IMG/VR virus record: IMGVR_UViG_3300027881_000001
Location: 1 to 45,860 of that record
Length of the DNA stretch: 45,860 bases
Source of the DNA: a virus
Direction: 5' to 3' (one strand)
The translations under genes and the position numbers were made by a program. Of the stretch, positions 1 to 8,520 are shown one piece after another (the stretch's first letter is position 1; the number at the start of each line of letters is the position of its first letter). Under the pieces are notes generated by a model that was given only the letters and a program-made list of their open reading frames with translations, searched no databases and was not told the origin of the DNA.

Positions 1-127
1 AAAAAAGGTCTTGGTGCCTACAAAAGCGAAGGCCTTGCTAAAACTGTTCGCGCAGAGTATGAATCATCTTTTTATCACAAAGAAGCCAAAAAATACGTCC
101 AGTTCTTTGAGCCAGCTGGAACCGAGG
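1..127. repeat. Terminal direct overlap; nt 1-127 are identical to nt 45734-45860 (circular-assembly overlap or short DTR)
   Basis: Read directly: the window starts aaaaaaggtcttggtgcc. The same string restarts at 45734 and runs to the last base. Unit length is 45,733 bp. Confidence 0.9.
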
Positions 128-1569
128 CCGTGGCCCCGGCTGACCGGCCTGAATGGTACATGAGTCATTACCCGGAAAAGGTTCCCGTCTTGGGCCATAT
201 TATAAGAATGGGTAACAGGAATTACGTAGAAACAATGAACATGATGATACAACTTGTTTGGGACAAGATAAGAACGCAAGATGTTCTAAATGGAGTGGAA
301 CCAACCAAGGCAGAACTGGGATTGCGCGGCAAATGGCTTATGTCTATGAGTGGTAGGCCGGAAATAGGTGGAGTGTTGGGAAAAAGAATTGCACCTATAT
401 CTACAGGGTTCTTCTTTTCGCCAAGGTTTGCCGTGTCGAGATTTACGTCGCCAATGTATCTGAGACATTTAGCGTCTGGCGACCCTGTTGCAAGGGCAGT
501 TGGCAAAAAAACAGCCGTTGCGTTTGCTTCATTTATAGGAACAAACATCGCCGCACTTGCACTTATGAAACTTGCGCTCGGCGATGATGTAACAATAGAA
601 CTTGACCCACGTTCTCCAGACTGGGGAAAGGGGAAAATTGGAACAACAAGAATAGATTTATGGGCTGGTTATCAACAGGCGGCAAGATTCTTAGTGCAGA
701 TGACTTTAGGCCAATATAAAACACAGGCCGGTGAAATTAAAGACGCAGAGAGGCTTGAAACTATTGGAAGATTTGTAAGAGGCAAAGAAAATCCTCTTGT
801 CTCGCTAATATCAGACTTGTGGGCAGGCAAAACGTATCAGGGCGACAGGCCATTCTCGCCGCCAAAGGGCGAGATGGGCAAGATATTAGACGGGCTTCAC
901 GTTCCCAAACTCATTCAAGGTGTTGGCAAAGAGGCATACCATAGGATGTTATTCCTTTGGGTTCAGGATTTTGCGGATGCGTCTAAAAACGATGGTTGGC
1001 CTATGGGCTTTGTTGCTGGTCCACTTTCGTTTTTTGGAACTAATACAGCATCTTATGAAGACACGGCTTTTACCAAACTCGCCAACTTCAAAAACAATAT
1101 TGCAGAAGCTGAACATGGCAAGCGATGGAAGGAACTAAATTCTTCTCAGCAAACAAGATTACTAAGAATGAACAAACAGGTAATTTCAGATTTGGAGTTG
1201 CAGGCCAAGGTAGAGGGCGCAAGAAGGGATGATTACGATTACGTTGGCAGGTTGATAGAGGACCAAAAGAAGGCAGGCGTAAAGGTTTATAAGAAGCTCA
1301 AGCCTGAGAACAAAAAACTTCTGGACGAGGCCGGAATATCTCTTGGCTTGGCCAGAAAAATAGGTGACTGGGAAATAGACAATAAGCGATATGAAAGGTA
1401 TCAGGAAATAACCGCCGAGATACTTGATGCCAAACTGTCGAGGCTGTCAGGCATGAATGGGTGGGAGAAGATACCGCTCAAGAGAAGGACGGCTAAGGTG
1501 GAAGGGGCTGTTCAGGCGTCCAAGGAAAAGGCGAAGGGTATGATGAGGCGGGAGGCAAAGGCCAAATGA
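1..1569 (+). CDS. C-terminal part of a wrap-around 1,106-aa internal virion (gp16-position) protein; the N-terminal part is at 43982-45860
   Basis: The frame is open from nt 1 (KKGLGAYKSEGLAK...). It is the same frame as the ORF starting at 43982 once the 45,733-bp period is applied. The track ORF 130..1569 is only the part after an internal GTG. Confidence 0.8.
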   Translation, partial: KKGLGAYKSEGLAKTVRAEYESSFYHKEAKKYVQFFEPAGTEAVAPADRPEWYMSHYPEKVPVLGHIIRMGNRNYVETMNMMIQLVWDKIRTQDVLNGVEPTKAELGLRGKWLMSMSGRPEIGGVLGKRIAPISTGFFFSPRFAVSRFTSPMYLRHLASGDPVARAVGKKTAVAFASFIGTNIAALALMKLALGDDVTIELDPRSPDWGKGKIGTTRIDLWAGYQQAARFLVQMTLGQYKTQAGEIKDAERLETIGRFVRGKENPLVSLISDLWAGKTYQGDRPFSPPKGEMGKILDGLHVPKLIQGVGKEAYHRMLFLWVQDFADASKNDGWPMGFVAGPLSFFGTNTASYEDTAFTKLANFKNNIAEAEHGKRWKELNSSQQTRLLRMNKQVISDLELQAKVEGARRDDYDYVGRLIEDQKKAGVKVYKKLKPENKKLLDEAGISLGLARKIGDWEIDNKRYERYQEITAEILDAKLSRLSGMNGWEKIPLKRRTAKVEGAVQASKEKAKGMMRREAKAK

Positions 1570-1862
1570 CCATTTACCCCCTCATTCGCGACCACGGCTT
1601 GCTTGGTGGTTTGGACGACAACGACCACGGCGCTATCTATTACACCGAGGCCGAGGTGGATGCCCTGTTTGGCGCTTACCTTGAACTTGACGGCGAGACT
1701 ACTGACGTAACCAACGGTACGTTTGACCTTACTACTACCGGCACATTGACAAGTACGGGCGGGATATTCAGTGTAGATGCCATACCCGGCGCGGGGGATT
1801 CTGTAGTAAATCAGTTGGTATGTCTAACCACAGACGGCGAGTTATATTTGAGGTTTACATGA
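1566..1862 (+). CDS. Small fibre-associated structural protein (HGLLGGLDDNDH...YY motif common in phage fibre N-termini)
   Basis: ATGA overlap with the upstream stop. TGA at 1860-1862 overlaps the next start. Motif recognised by eye. Confidence 0.5.
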   Translation: MTIYPLIRDHGLLGGLDDNDHGAIYYTEAEVDALFGAYLELDGETTDVTNGTFDLTTTGTLTSTGGIFSVDAIPGAGDSVVNQLVCLTTDGELYLRFT

Positions 1863-2620
1863 TAAGTATAGTTATTCCGTCTTACAAAGACCCGATGTTG
1901 CATAAGACTATCGGGTCGCTTTTAGATAATGCCGAGGGCGACATTGAGATAATCCCCGTCCTCGATGGCTATGACACTGAACTTACTAACGATGAGCGTG
2001 TCAGGCCGATTCGCCTTAGAAGTAATGTGGGTATGCGGGACGCTATCAATATAGGCGCTTCGCTCGCGCGCGGCAAGTATCTTATGAGGGTTGACGAGCA
2101 TTGCAGGTTCGGGCAGGGCTACGACATAATATTGACAGACAAAATACTTTACAATTGGATTGTTACGCCGAGACGGTATGAGCTTGACATAGAGAAGTGG
2201 GAGGTGATTGGCGAACCTATAGATAATGAGAGAATGATTATCGGCAGGAGTGTGATAGGCAAGAGGAAGGGCGGGCGTAAGTTCCACGCCCAGAACTGGC
2301 CGCAGGGGAACAGGGGAGAGTCGATATATAAAAAGACCGCCATGCAGGGTTCGTGCTGGATTATGGAGACGATGTTATGGCGTGATACTATCGGCAGGTT
2401 AGAGACTGAGGGGTATGGCGACTTGTATCAGGACACTACCGAGATGCTGTTCAAGATATGGCGTGTTGGTGGTAAGTTGATGTTGAATACTGATACATGG
2501 TACGCACATAAAGCAAGGAAGTTCAACCGTACCCACAGTTATCCGAGGGAAAAAGCGGAAGCGTCTTTCAAATACGCATTAGATAAATGGGAGGGGTTTT
2601 ACAGGGAGAGGGTTGCATGA
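1859..2620 (+). CDS. Glycosyltransferase, GT-A fold (GT2/GT27-like) with a DxH metal motif
   Basis: Refined start MISIVIPSYKD (ATGA coupling at 1859). Motifs seen: PVLDGYD, RVDEHCRF (D-x-H-C) and ...GSCWIM...FKIWRVGGKL..., resembling the WGGEN/CGG region of polypeptide GalNAc-transferases. Confidence 0.8.
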   Translation: MISIVIPSYKDPMLHKTIGSLLDNAEGDIEIIPVLDGYDTELTNDERVRPIRLRSNVGMRDAINIGASLARGKYLMRVDEHCRFGQGYDIILTDKILYNWIVTPRRYELDIEKWEVIGEPIDNERMIIGRSVIGKRKGGRKFHAQNWPQGNRGESIYKKTAMQGSCWIMETMLWRDTIGRLETEGYGDLYQDTTEMLFKIWRVGGKLMLNTDTWYAHKARKFNRTHSYPREKAEASFKYALDKWEGFYRERVA

Positions 2621-4692
2621 GTAAAGTTTCTATTATAATCCCCGCCCGCAACGAGATATATCTCGAACCGACCCTTAGAGATATATTAGCCAAGGCCAGA
2701 GGTGATATTGAAGTGCTGGTTGTGCTGGACGGTTACATCCCCGAACCGCAGATACACATGGACGACGACAGGGTTACTTTCATTCACTATGAAGAATCCA
2801 TAGGTCAAAGACCGGCCATCAATGCCGCCGCGCGTACAGCTACCGGAAAGTACATTCTTAAAACAGACGCTCATAGTATGTTCGACGAGGGGTTTGACGT
2901 TAAGTTACAAGAGGACTGTGAATACGATTGGACTGTCATTCCTCGTATGTATAATCTCGACGTAAAGAAGTGGGAGCCGAAATGGCACAAGAAAACGGAC
3001 TATATGTGGATTCGCTCTCCCCGCGCCAAGAAGAAGCCCTTCAGGCACTACTACTGGGATGGTAAATGCAAGACAGAACATCCTGAAGAATACAAGGCGT
3101 ACCGAGAGAGAACAAAGAACGCACCAGACATAGATGACGTTATGACAGGCCAAGGGGCTTGCTGGTTCATGCACAGAGAGCGTTTCTGGGAGTTGGGGGG
3201 ACTTGACGAGGGTCACGGCCAATGGGGCCAGATGGGCGTCGAGCTTGCCTGTAAGGCATGGCTGTCGGGCGGTCGTCATGTAGTCAATAAGAAAACGTGG
3301 TTTTCCCACTGGTTTAGAGGTGGTAGTGGTCCGGGCTTCCCATGGCCCGCAAGTGGCAAGAAACAGGAGGAGGCAAGGAAATACTCGCAGAAGTTCTGGC
3401 TTGGCGGGAAGTGGCCTTTACAGAAACATTCTATAGAGTGGCTGGCAGAGAAGTTTGCACCGCTTCCTGAGTGGGAGGTAAAGGACACTCGTGACCCAAA
3501 ACCACATACACAGGCTTATGCTTTAGCACAATGCAAACTACCGAAGAAAAAACTTATACCAGCTACGATTAAAACCAAAAGACTTAACGACACCGAGAAT
3601 AAGATGCCGTGGTTTGCAAAAGGCCATTGGTTCAGGGTTAAGACCCTATTCAAAGAGAGGTTAAGATTCGCCCGACCCGAACGGGCCGATGGTATCAGGT
3701 GGCAGGAGGAGTGTATTCCGCCGTTTGTTAAAGCTATTGTAGCTGGTGAGACTTTTACTGACGACGAATTGAAGAAGTTTGAGTATTACGACTATCTTGT
3801 TTCAAGACTCAACCCAAAGGTAAACCCGCCAGAAGGCCCGACCAGAAAGGGTGTTCGCCATGTCCTTAACTTGATGAAGGATATGATAAACTTAACTTAT
3901 AGTATGAGGGATGAGGGACTGAGAGCGCCGCTGGACTTCTTTATAAGGGGCGAGGTGGAGAACGGCAGGGACCGGGTTATATTGTGCCGGGGCGGGCGAA
4001 GGTTAGTGATAGCATACTATCTCGGCTGGAAGCATATACTCGGCAGGGTATGGCGAACAGAACATCTTTCAAAACGATTCATTCCTACGAATAAATGGCC
4101 CGATGGCGGTATTACTAAACTTGCCGCCGACCAGTTTGCCAAGCATGGAAAGTACGCTACCGATAAATACTGGAAGCACTGTTATACTTATCACTATGAC
4201 ATAGAATTAGCAGACCACAAAAACTCCCACCCCATAAAGATTCTGGAGCTTGGTGTGGCGCGCGGTGCTTCGTTAAAGTTGTGGAAGGACGCCTTCCCCA
4301 ACGCAAAGGTTTATGGTATCGACTCGAACCTTAAAAACATGAGGGAAGAATTTATTGACGATGAGATACAGGTCTTTCGGGGCGATATAAACAATGGTAA
4401 ATTCCTGAAAGAGATTGGCGAAGAACACGGCCCATTCAATATAATCATAGACGACTGTAACCACTTCCCCGCATCACAGAGAAGTGCCTTTGAATCCCTG
4501 TGGCCCTACCTTGAGTCGCAGGTGAACAGGGGCGGTAAGTATGTTATTGAAGACCTGCACCACAACTTCCGCGCCGAGGCGAACAAACCCATAGTTCCAA
4601 TGTTGACGGATATGGTAAGTGATATTTACAGGTCTAACGAAGTAAAGAATGTTTCTTTCTACCCAAATATAGTGTTTATAACAAAGGCGTAA
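2617..4692 (+). CDS. Three-domain fusion: GT-A glycosyltransferase (DxH), ParB/sulfiredoxin-like middle domain, CmcI-like class I SAM-dependent sugar O-methyltransferase
   Basis: Refined start MSKVSIIIPARNE (ATGA at 2617). GT motifs: VLDGY, KTDAHSMF, GACWFMHRERFWELGGLDEGHGQWGQMGVELACKAWLSGG. Middle domain: ILCRGGRRLVIAYYLGWKHI. C-terminus: ILELGVARGASLKLW...VYGIDSN...IIIDDCNH...GGKYVIEDL. Confidence 0.8.
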   Translation: MSKVSIIIPARNEIYLEPTLRDILAKARGDIEVLVVLDGYIPEPQIHMDDDRVTFIHYEESIGQRPAINAAARTATGKYILKTDAHSMFDEGFDVKLQEDCEYDWTVIPRMYNLDVKKWEPKWHKKTDYMWIRSPRAKKKPFRHYYWDGKCKTEHPEEYKAYRERTKNAPDIDDVMTGQGACWFMHRERFWELGGLDEGHGQWGQMGVELACKAWLSGGRHVVNKKTWFSHWFRGGSGPGFPWPASGKKQEEARKYSQKFWLGGKWPLQKHSIEWLAEKFAPLPEWEVKDTRDPKPHTQAYALAQCKLPKKKLIPATIKTKRLNDTENKMPWFAKGHWFRVKTLFKERLRFARPERADGIRWQEECIPPFVKAIVAGETFTDDELKKFEYYDYLVSRLNPKVNPPEGPTRKGVRHVLNLMKDMINLTYSMRDEGLRAPLDFFIRGEVENGRDRVILCRGGRRLVIAYYLGWKHILGRVWRTEHLSKRFIPTNKWPDGGITKLAADQFAKHGKYATDKYWKHCYTYHYDIELADHKNSHPIKILELGVARGASLKLWKDAFPNAKVYGIDSNLKNMREEFIDDEIQVFRGDINNGKFLKEIGEEHGPFNIIIDDCNHFPASQRSAFESLWPYLESQVNRGGKYVIEDLHHNFRAEANKPIVPMLTDMVSDIYRSNEVKNVSFYPNIVFITKA

Positions 4693-4693
4693 C

Positions 4694-4915
4694 ATGATAA
4701 TCGACACACAATCCACCCAATACCAGCAGTATTTAACAGGGTTGCAAAACCTTATTGATTTCTACAAGCCCAAGTTCGAGGTGTTCAAGAAACTGCCGCG
4801 GAGCAAACAAGCATTATGGCTTGAGAAAGACCCGCTGTTCAGGAAACTGATTAAGATAGGCTTGCACGTCGGGGACTGGTCCGGGCAGTTTGGTGCGGAG
4901 GTTCAAAATGATTGA
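4694..4915 (+). CDS. Hypothetical protein
   Basis: ORF tightly packed in the + strand operon, starting 2 nt after the upstream stop. Confidence 0.5.
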   Translation: MIIDTQSTQYQQYLTGLQNLIDFYKPKFEVFKKLPRSKQALWLEKDPLFRKLIKIGLHVGDWSGQFGAEVQND

Positions 4916-5303
4916 GTGGAAAAACTTTATGAAGTTGGATATAGCCGATATTCCAAAAGACACTGAGTACCAGCATTGCAACTTCTCTCAAAAGACCTGT
5001 ATTGACGAGGGTGGGGTTAAAAAAGGACACAGATTGTTCCCCGGCGACGACACGTCAAGGACGTTTATAAGATGTAATATGACAAACTGCGAACCGCCGC
5101 CTGGAAGCATCTGTGTTAAGTGCGGTGGTACAATTAAGGATTATGCTGTTCTTGGTAGTTTTGAAATCATAACTATAGATGGCGAAGAGATAATACAAAA
5201 CAACTACGTGGATATACTTTACGGTCGGTATCGTGATGGCTATCAATATTTACCAGTACCACAAGAAATCCCAATTAAGATAAAGTATTCAGGAGAAGAA
5301 TAA
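4908..5303 (+). CDS. Hypothetical Cys-containing protein
   Basis: Refined start at ATG 4908, preceded by GGAGG. Overlaps the upstream stop. The product contains HCNF...RCNMTNC...CVKCGG. Confidence 0.5.
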   Translation: MIEWKNFMKLDIADIPKDTEYQHCNFSQKTCIDEGGVKKGHRLFPGDDTSRTFIRCNMTNCEPPPGSICVKCGGTIKDYAVLGSFEIITIDGEEIIQNNYVDILYGRYRDGYQYLPVPQEIPIKIKYSGEE

Positions 5304-6358
5304 TGGCTGCTCCATACTATGTAACTCATAATGCTGGTGGTGGGGGGGTTGGGTCAGAGGTTGACCCCTTCACCCTTGCAGAAGCCTGTGATGCCGTGGC
5401 TGCTGGTGAAACTGTGTACGTTAAGGCTTCTGGTGCTTATAGCGTTCAGGATGGTGCGACAGGCTCTATTTTTTATCCATCCACAGCCGGAACTGTTACA
5501 ACACCTATAGTATGGCAGGGCTACCACACAACCATAGATGACGGTGGCATTGTTGAAATAGATGCCGACACTAATAATATGAATTACGCCTTGCTTGCAT
5601 CGGCGGCTACTATTCACTGTCAAGTGTTTAAGAATTTTGAATTTTGGGGTGCGAATACAAGGGGAGTAGCCTCTTCTGGCTCAGATAGTTGGGTATTTAA
5701 GAATTGCTCTATTCACGATACCAGTGGTGGAGAAGGTGTTGTTGGCGATAACACGTTAAAATTTGAAAACTGTATATCTTATAACAATTCAACAGCAGGT
5801 TTTGATGGAGACAGTAATGTCCTCTTTGTAGGCTGTGTTTCTCATGGAAATTCAGTTGGCTTTGCCTGTAACGTAGGGATTGGTTATGGCTGTCTTGGGT
5901 ATAATAATTCTGATGACTTTTTTCTTTCTCACGTAGGAAATACGCTTACTGGAATACTGGGTTGTACTACAGACGGAGAAGGTACTGAGGTTGCTTTTGA
6001 TTTTGACAACGCCGCAGATTCTTTTATGATGATAGCCTATAATAATATCTTTCGTGATAATACGACACCTATAGTCGTTGAAACTGACAGTGGTGAATTG
6101 CAAACTATTGGCAGGAACCTCTACGATGCAAAAGATAATGACAATTCCAACTGCCTTGTTGTGTCTGCTGGTGACGGAGTTGGAGACAGGGGCGACGTAG
6201 ATGGTGTGGATGCTGGATTATTTACTAACGAGGCGGGCGATGACTATTCATTGCCTGCCGACTCAACTGCTTTGGCAAGTGGACTTGACGCTCATTATAC
6301 AGTGTCTTTCTGGGCAGACTACAACGAAGGGGCAGGGGACAATCCTCCCGCAGAATAA
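5303..6358 (+). CDS. Right-handed parallel beta-helix (pectate-lyase-fold) tail/fibre protein
   Basis: N-terminus ...DPFTLAEACDAVAAGETVYVKASGAY. Repeated coils follow: FKNCSIHDTSG / FENCISYNNSTAG / FVGCVSHGNSVG. Confidence 0.7.
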   Translation: MAAPYYVTHNAGGGGVGSEVDPFTLAEACDAVAAGETVYVKASGAYSVQDGATGSIFYPSTAGTVTTPIVWQGYHTTIDDGGIVEIDADTNNMNYALLASAATIHCQVFKNFEFWGANTRGVASSGSDSWVFKNCSIHDTSGGEGVVGDNTLKFENCISYNNSTAGFDGDSNVLFVGCVSHGNSVGFACNVGIGYGCLGYNNSDDFFLSHVGNTLTGILGCTTDGEGTEVAFDFDNAADSFMMIAYNNIFRDNTTPIVVETDSGELQTIGRNLYDAKDNDNSNCLVVSAGDGVGDRGDVDGVDAGLFTNEAGDDYSLPADSTALASGLDAHYTVSFWADYNEGAGDNPPAE

Positions 6359-8026
6359 ATGGCTTGGAATACTCTTGATATTGGTAGTCAACAGCACGGC
6401 TCAGCGTGGAATGCGCTGGACATCGGGGCGGAACAGGCAGATGTGGCGGCAGGGTCGGTATCTCCTTCGCCGTCATCCAGCCCTTCAATAAGCGCATCGC
6501 CGAGCGTCTCCGCATCTCCGTCTGCCTCCCCCAGTATATCCGCAAGCCCGTCCATCTCTGCGTCACCATCATTAAGTCCTTCTGTTTCAGCCTCGCCAAG
6601 CGCCTCTCCGTCTATAAGCGCAAGCCCATCAGTATCTTCATCTCCGAGTATATCGGCAAGTCCATCATCCAGCCCAAGCATATCCGCGTCTCCGAGTACA
6701 TCTCCAAGTATATCGGCTTCCCCATCGGTATCAGCATCGCCGAGCGCCAGCCCAAGTATAAGTTCAAGTCCGTCAATATCAGCGTCTCCAAGTGCTTCGC
6801 CGAGCATATCATCTTCACCCTCTATATCTGCAAGCCCCAGTGCAAGCCCAAGCGCAAGCGCATCGCCGAGTTCGTCTCCGAGCATATCTGCCTCGCCATC
6901 TACTTCGCCGTCTGTCAGTTCCTCTCCGAGTATATCTGCATCGCCTTCGGCTTCACCGTCTGTTAGTGCAAGTCCGAGTTCTTCGCCTTCTATCTCTGCC
7001 AGCCCAAGCGCCTCGCCGAGTGTAAGTTCCAGCCCCAGCATAAGTGCTTCGCCCTCTGCCAGTCCGAGCGTTTCATCTTCTCCAAGTGTGTCGGCTTCGC
7101 CGAGCCTAAGCCCGTCAATTAGCGCCTCACCATCAGCAAGTCCTTCAGTTAGCTCCTCGCCTTCGGTCAGTGCAAGCCCATCTGCCTCCCCATCAATATC
7201 AGCCTCACCTTCAGTATCAGCTTCGCCGTCAAGCTCGCCATCTGTAAGTTCAAGCCCAAGTGTTTCAGCAAGCCCGTCATCGTCACCGTCCGTATCGGCT
7301 TCTCCGTCATCTTCACCGAGCGTATCTTCCTCGCCGTCTGTGAGCGTGTCGGCTTCACCGTCGTCCAGCCCAAGCGTTAGCGCAAGCCCATCAGCCTCGC
7401 CTTCAGCCACCTGGTACAAGGTAGTTACCGAAAAGGGCGGGTATGACATAGCTGGAACGAATACGATTGAAACGCTCAGGGTGGGAAATGTTCGCGGGAC
7501 ATCTTCTATATGGTGGAGAGTACAGCATGTTGACTTGTCGGCGGTGTCCAAGGGTGCCTCTAACGCAGTCTGGACGGCCCAGAGTGCAAATAACTTAAAC
7601 GGTTTCCAGTTAGACGCTGCCAATGAATATCTATACTTTAATACCCACATAGGCACAGACTGGGATGCGGCCAGTGATTTAGAGGTTGAGGTCCAGTTCG
7701 AGACAAACGCAGACAATTCAGGCGGGGGCGGGTCCGGCACTGATACGGTAAACTTCGATTTAGTTATGTACTATAAGGGTAGCGAAGAGACCGCCCAAAA
7801 GACACAAGTCCTTGCATCTTCGACCACGGTGGGAGAGGCAGCGCAGTATTACCATGAAAAAGCCACGTTTACAATCAATTACGATTTGGTTGACCATGTA
7901 GTTCAGGTGGGGGACTGTTGTTCATGGCGACTAAACTTAAACACAGACGATTCTGAGGTCGATGATGTAATAGTCCACCATGCAATGTTCAGATATAAAA
8001 CAAGTAAGCCAAGAGCAGAAGTATAG
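6359..8026 (+). CDS. Fibre-like protein: short N-terminus, roughly 316-aa Ser-Pro repeat stalk, roughly 205-aa globular (jelly-roll/lectin-like?) C-terminal domain
   Basis: The start follows the upstream TAA directly. The translation is dominated by SPSISASPSVSASPSASP... units. The non-repetitive C-terminus starts at ATWYKVVTEKGGYD. Confidence 0.8.
   Translation: MAWNTLDIGSQQHGSAWNALDIGAEQADVAAGSVSPSPSSSPSISASPSVSASPSASPSISASPSISASPSLSPSVSASPSASPSISASPSVSSSPSISASPSSSPSISASPSTSPSISASPSVSASPSASPSISSSPSISASPSASPSISSSPSISASPSASPSASASPSSSPSISASPSTSPSVSSSPSISASPSASPSVSASPSSSPSISASPSASPSVSSSPSISASPSASPSVSSSPSVSASPSLSPSISASPSASPSVSSSPSVSASPSASPSISASPSVSASPSSSPSVSSSPSVSASPSSSPSVSASPSSSPSVSSSPSVSVSASPSSSPSVSASPSASPSATWYKVVTEKGGYDIAGTNTIETLRVGNVRGTSSIWWRVQHVDLSAVSKGASNAVWTAQSANNLNGFQLDAANEYLYFNTHIGTDWDAASDLEVEVQFETNADNSGGGGSGTDTVNFDLVMYYKGSEETAQKTQVLASSTTVGEAAQYYHEKATFTINYDLVDHVVQVGDCCSWRLNLNTDDSEVDDVIVHHAMFRYKTSKPRAEV
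6461..7407 (+). repeat. Protein-level tandem repeat (SPSxSA hexapeptides mixed with SPSx tetrapeptides) encoded with diversified codons
   Basis: Roughly 50% Ser and 25% Pro in the translation. Ser is spelled tct/tcg/tca/tcc/agc/agt within neighbouring units, so the DNA repeat is imperfect. Confidence 0.85.
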
Positions 8027-8035
8027 GAGAACAAA

Positions 8036-8260
8036 ATGCCGCCAGTGGAAACATCGACAGAAACGCAGATGATACTAACTGAAATCGCCGAACTAAAAAC
8101 GGACATAAAAACTATCGACACCGCCATCAGGGGTAACGGCAAAGACGGCATCATGGTTGACATCGCCTGCCTCAAACAGTTCAGGAAGTTTGTCTGCTGG
8201 ATAGGGGCAAGTCTGTTTACGGGGGTGCTGTTAGTGCTGGTGGTCAGGTTGCTGATTTAG
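8036..8260 (+). CDS. Tail-anchored small membrane protein (holin/lysis-related candidate); last gene of the rightward late operon
   Basis: Amphipathic N-terminal half and a C-terminal hydrophobic helix, WIGASLFTGVLLVLVVRLLI. Confidence 0.45.
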   Translation: MPPVETSTETQMILTEIAELKTDIKTIDTAIRGNGKDGIMVDIACLKQFRKFVCWIGASLFTGVLLVLVVRLLI

Positions 8261-8520
8261 GCGAAAATTTTGGCAAGCAAGCGGGGGCCACCTTCGCTTG
8301 GCCCGACAGCCCAAATGCTACCATCTTTACATGCAACAATTATTTCGCCCTCAAAAGTCGTTACGGATACTATTACTTTGGCATCTGCGGGAAGCGGAGC
8401 AAACTCCATTCCCTTCCTGCGAGGAACGCCACAGGGCACAAAAGGAGCCTTTCCCCCTCCCCCCGCAAGGCAGGCAAGCGGGGCAAGGGCCAAGCCTTTA
8501 ATGAGTTCTCTTCTATTCAT
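8257..8520 (-). CDS. Small secreted protein with a twin-arginine (Tat)-like signal peptide, paralogue A
   Basis: N-terminus MNRRELIKGLALAPLACLAGGGG (RR + hydrophobic region). Confidence 0.55.
   Translation of the reverse strand: MNRRELIKGLALAPLACLAGGGGKAPFVPCGVPRRKGMEFAPLPADAKVIVSVTTFEGEIIVACKDGSIWAVGPSEGGPRLLAKIFA

Noticed and set aside
6461-7407. Possible CRISPR array or DNA-level tandem repeat
   Set aside because: There is no repeat-spacer organisation. The periodicity is 12-18 nt, lies inside a single ORF and is conserved at the amino-acid level rather than the nucleotide level.
6388-7740. 450-aa ORF on the - strand (acidic DGEAD/LGE repeats), plus shorter ORFs in other frames across 6406-7373
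   Set aside because: These are shadow ORFs of the Ser-Pro repeat, whose periodic low-complexity sequence removes stop codons in several frames. The + strand ORF is the one coupled to upstream and downstream genes and continues into a normal globular domain.
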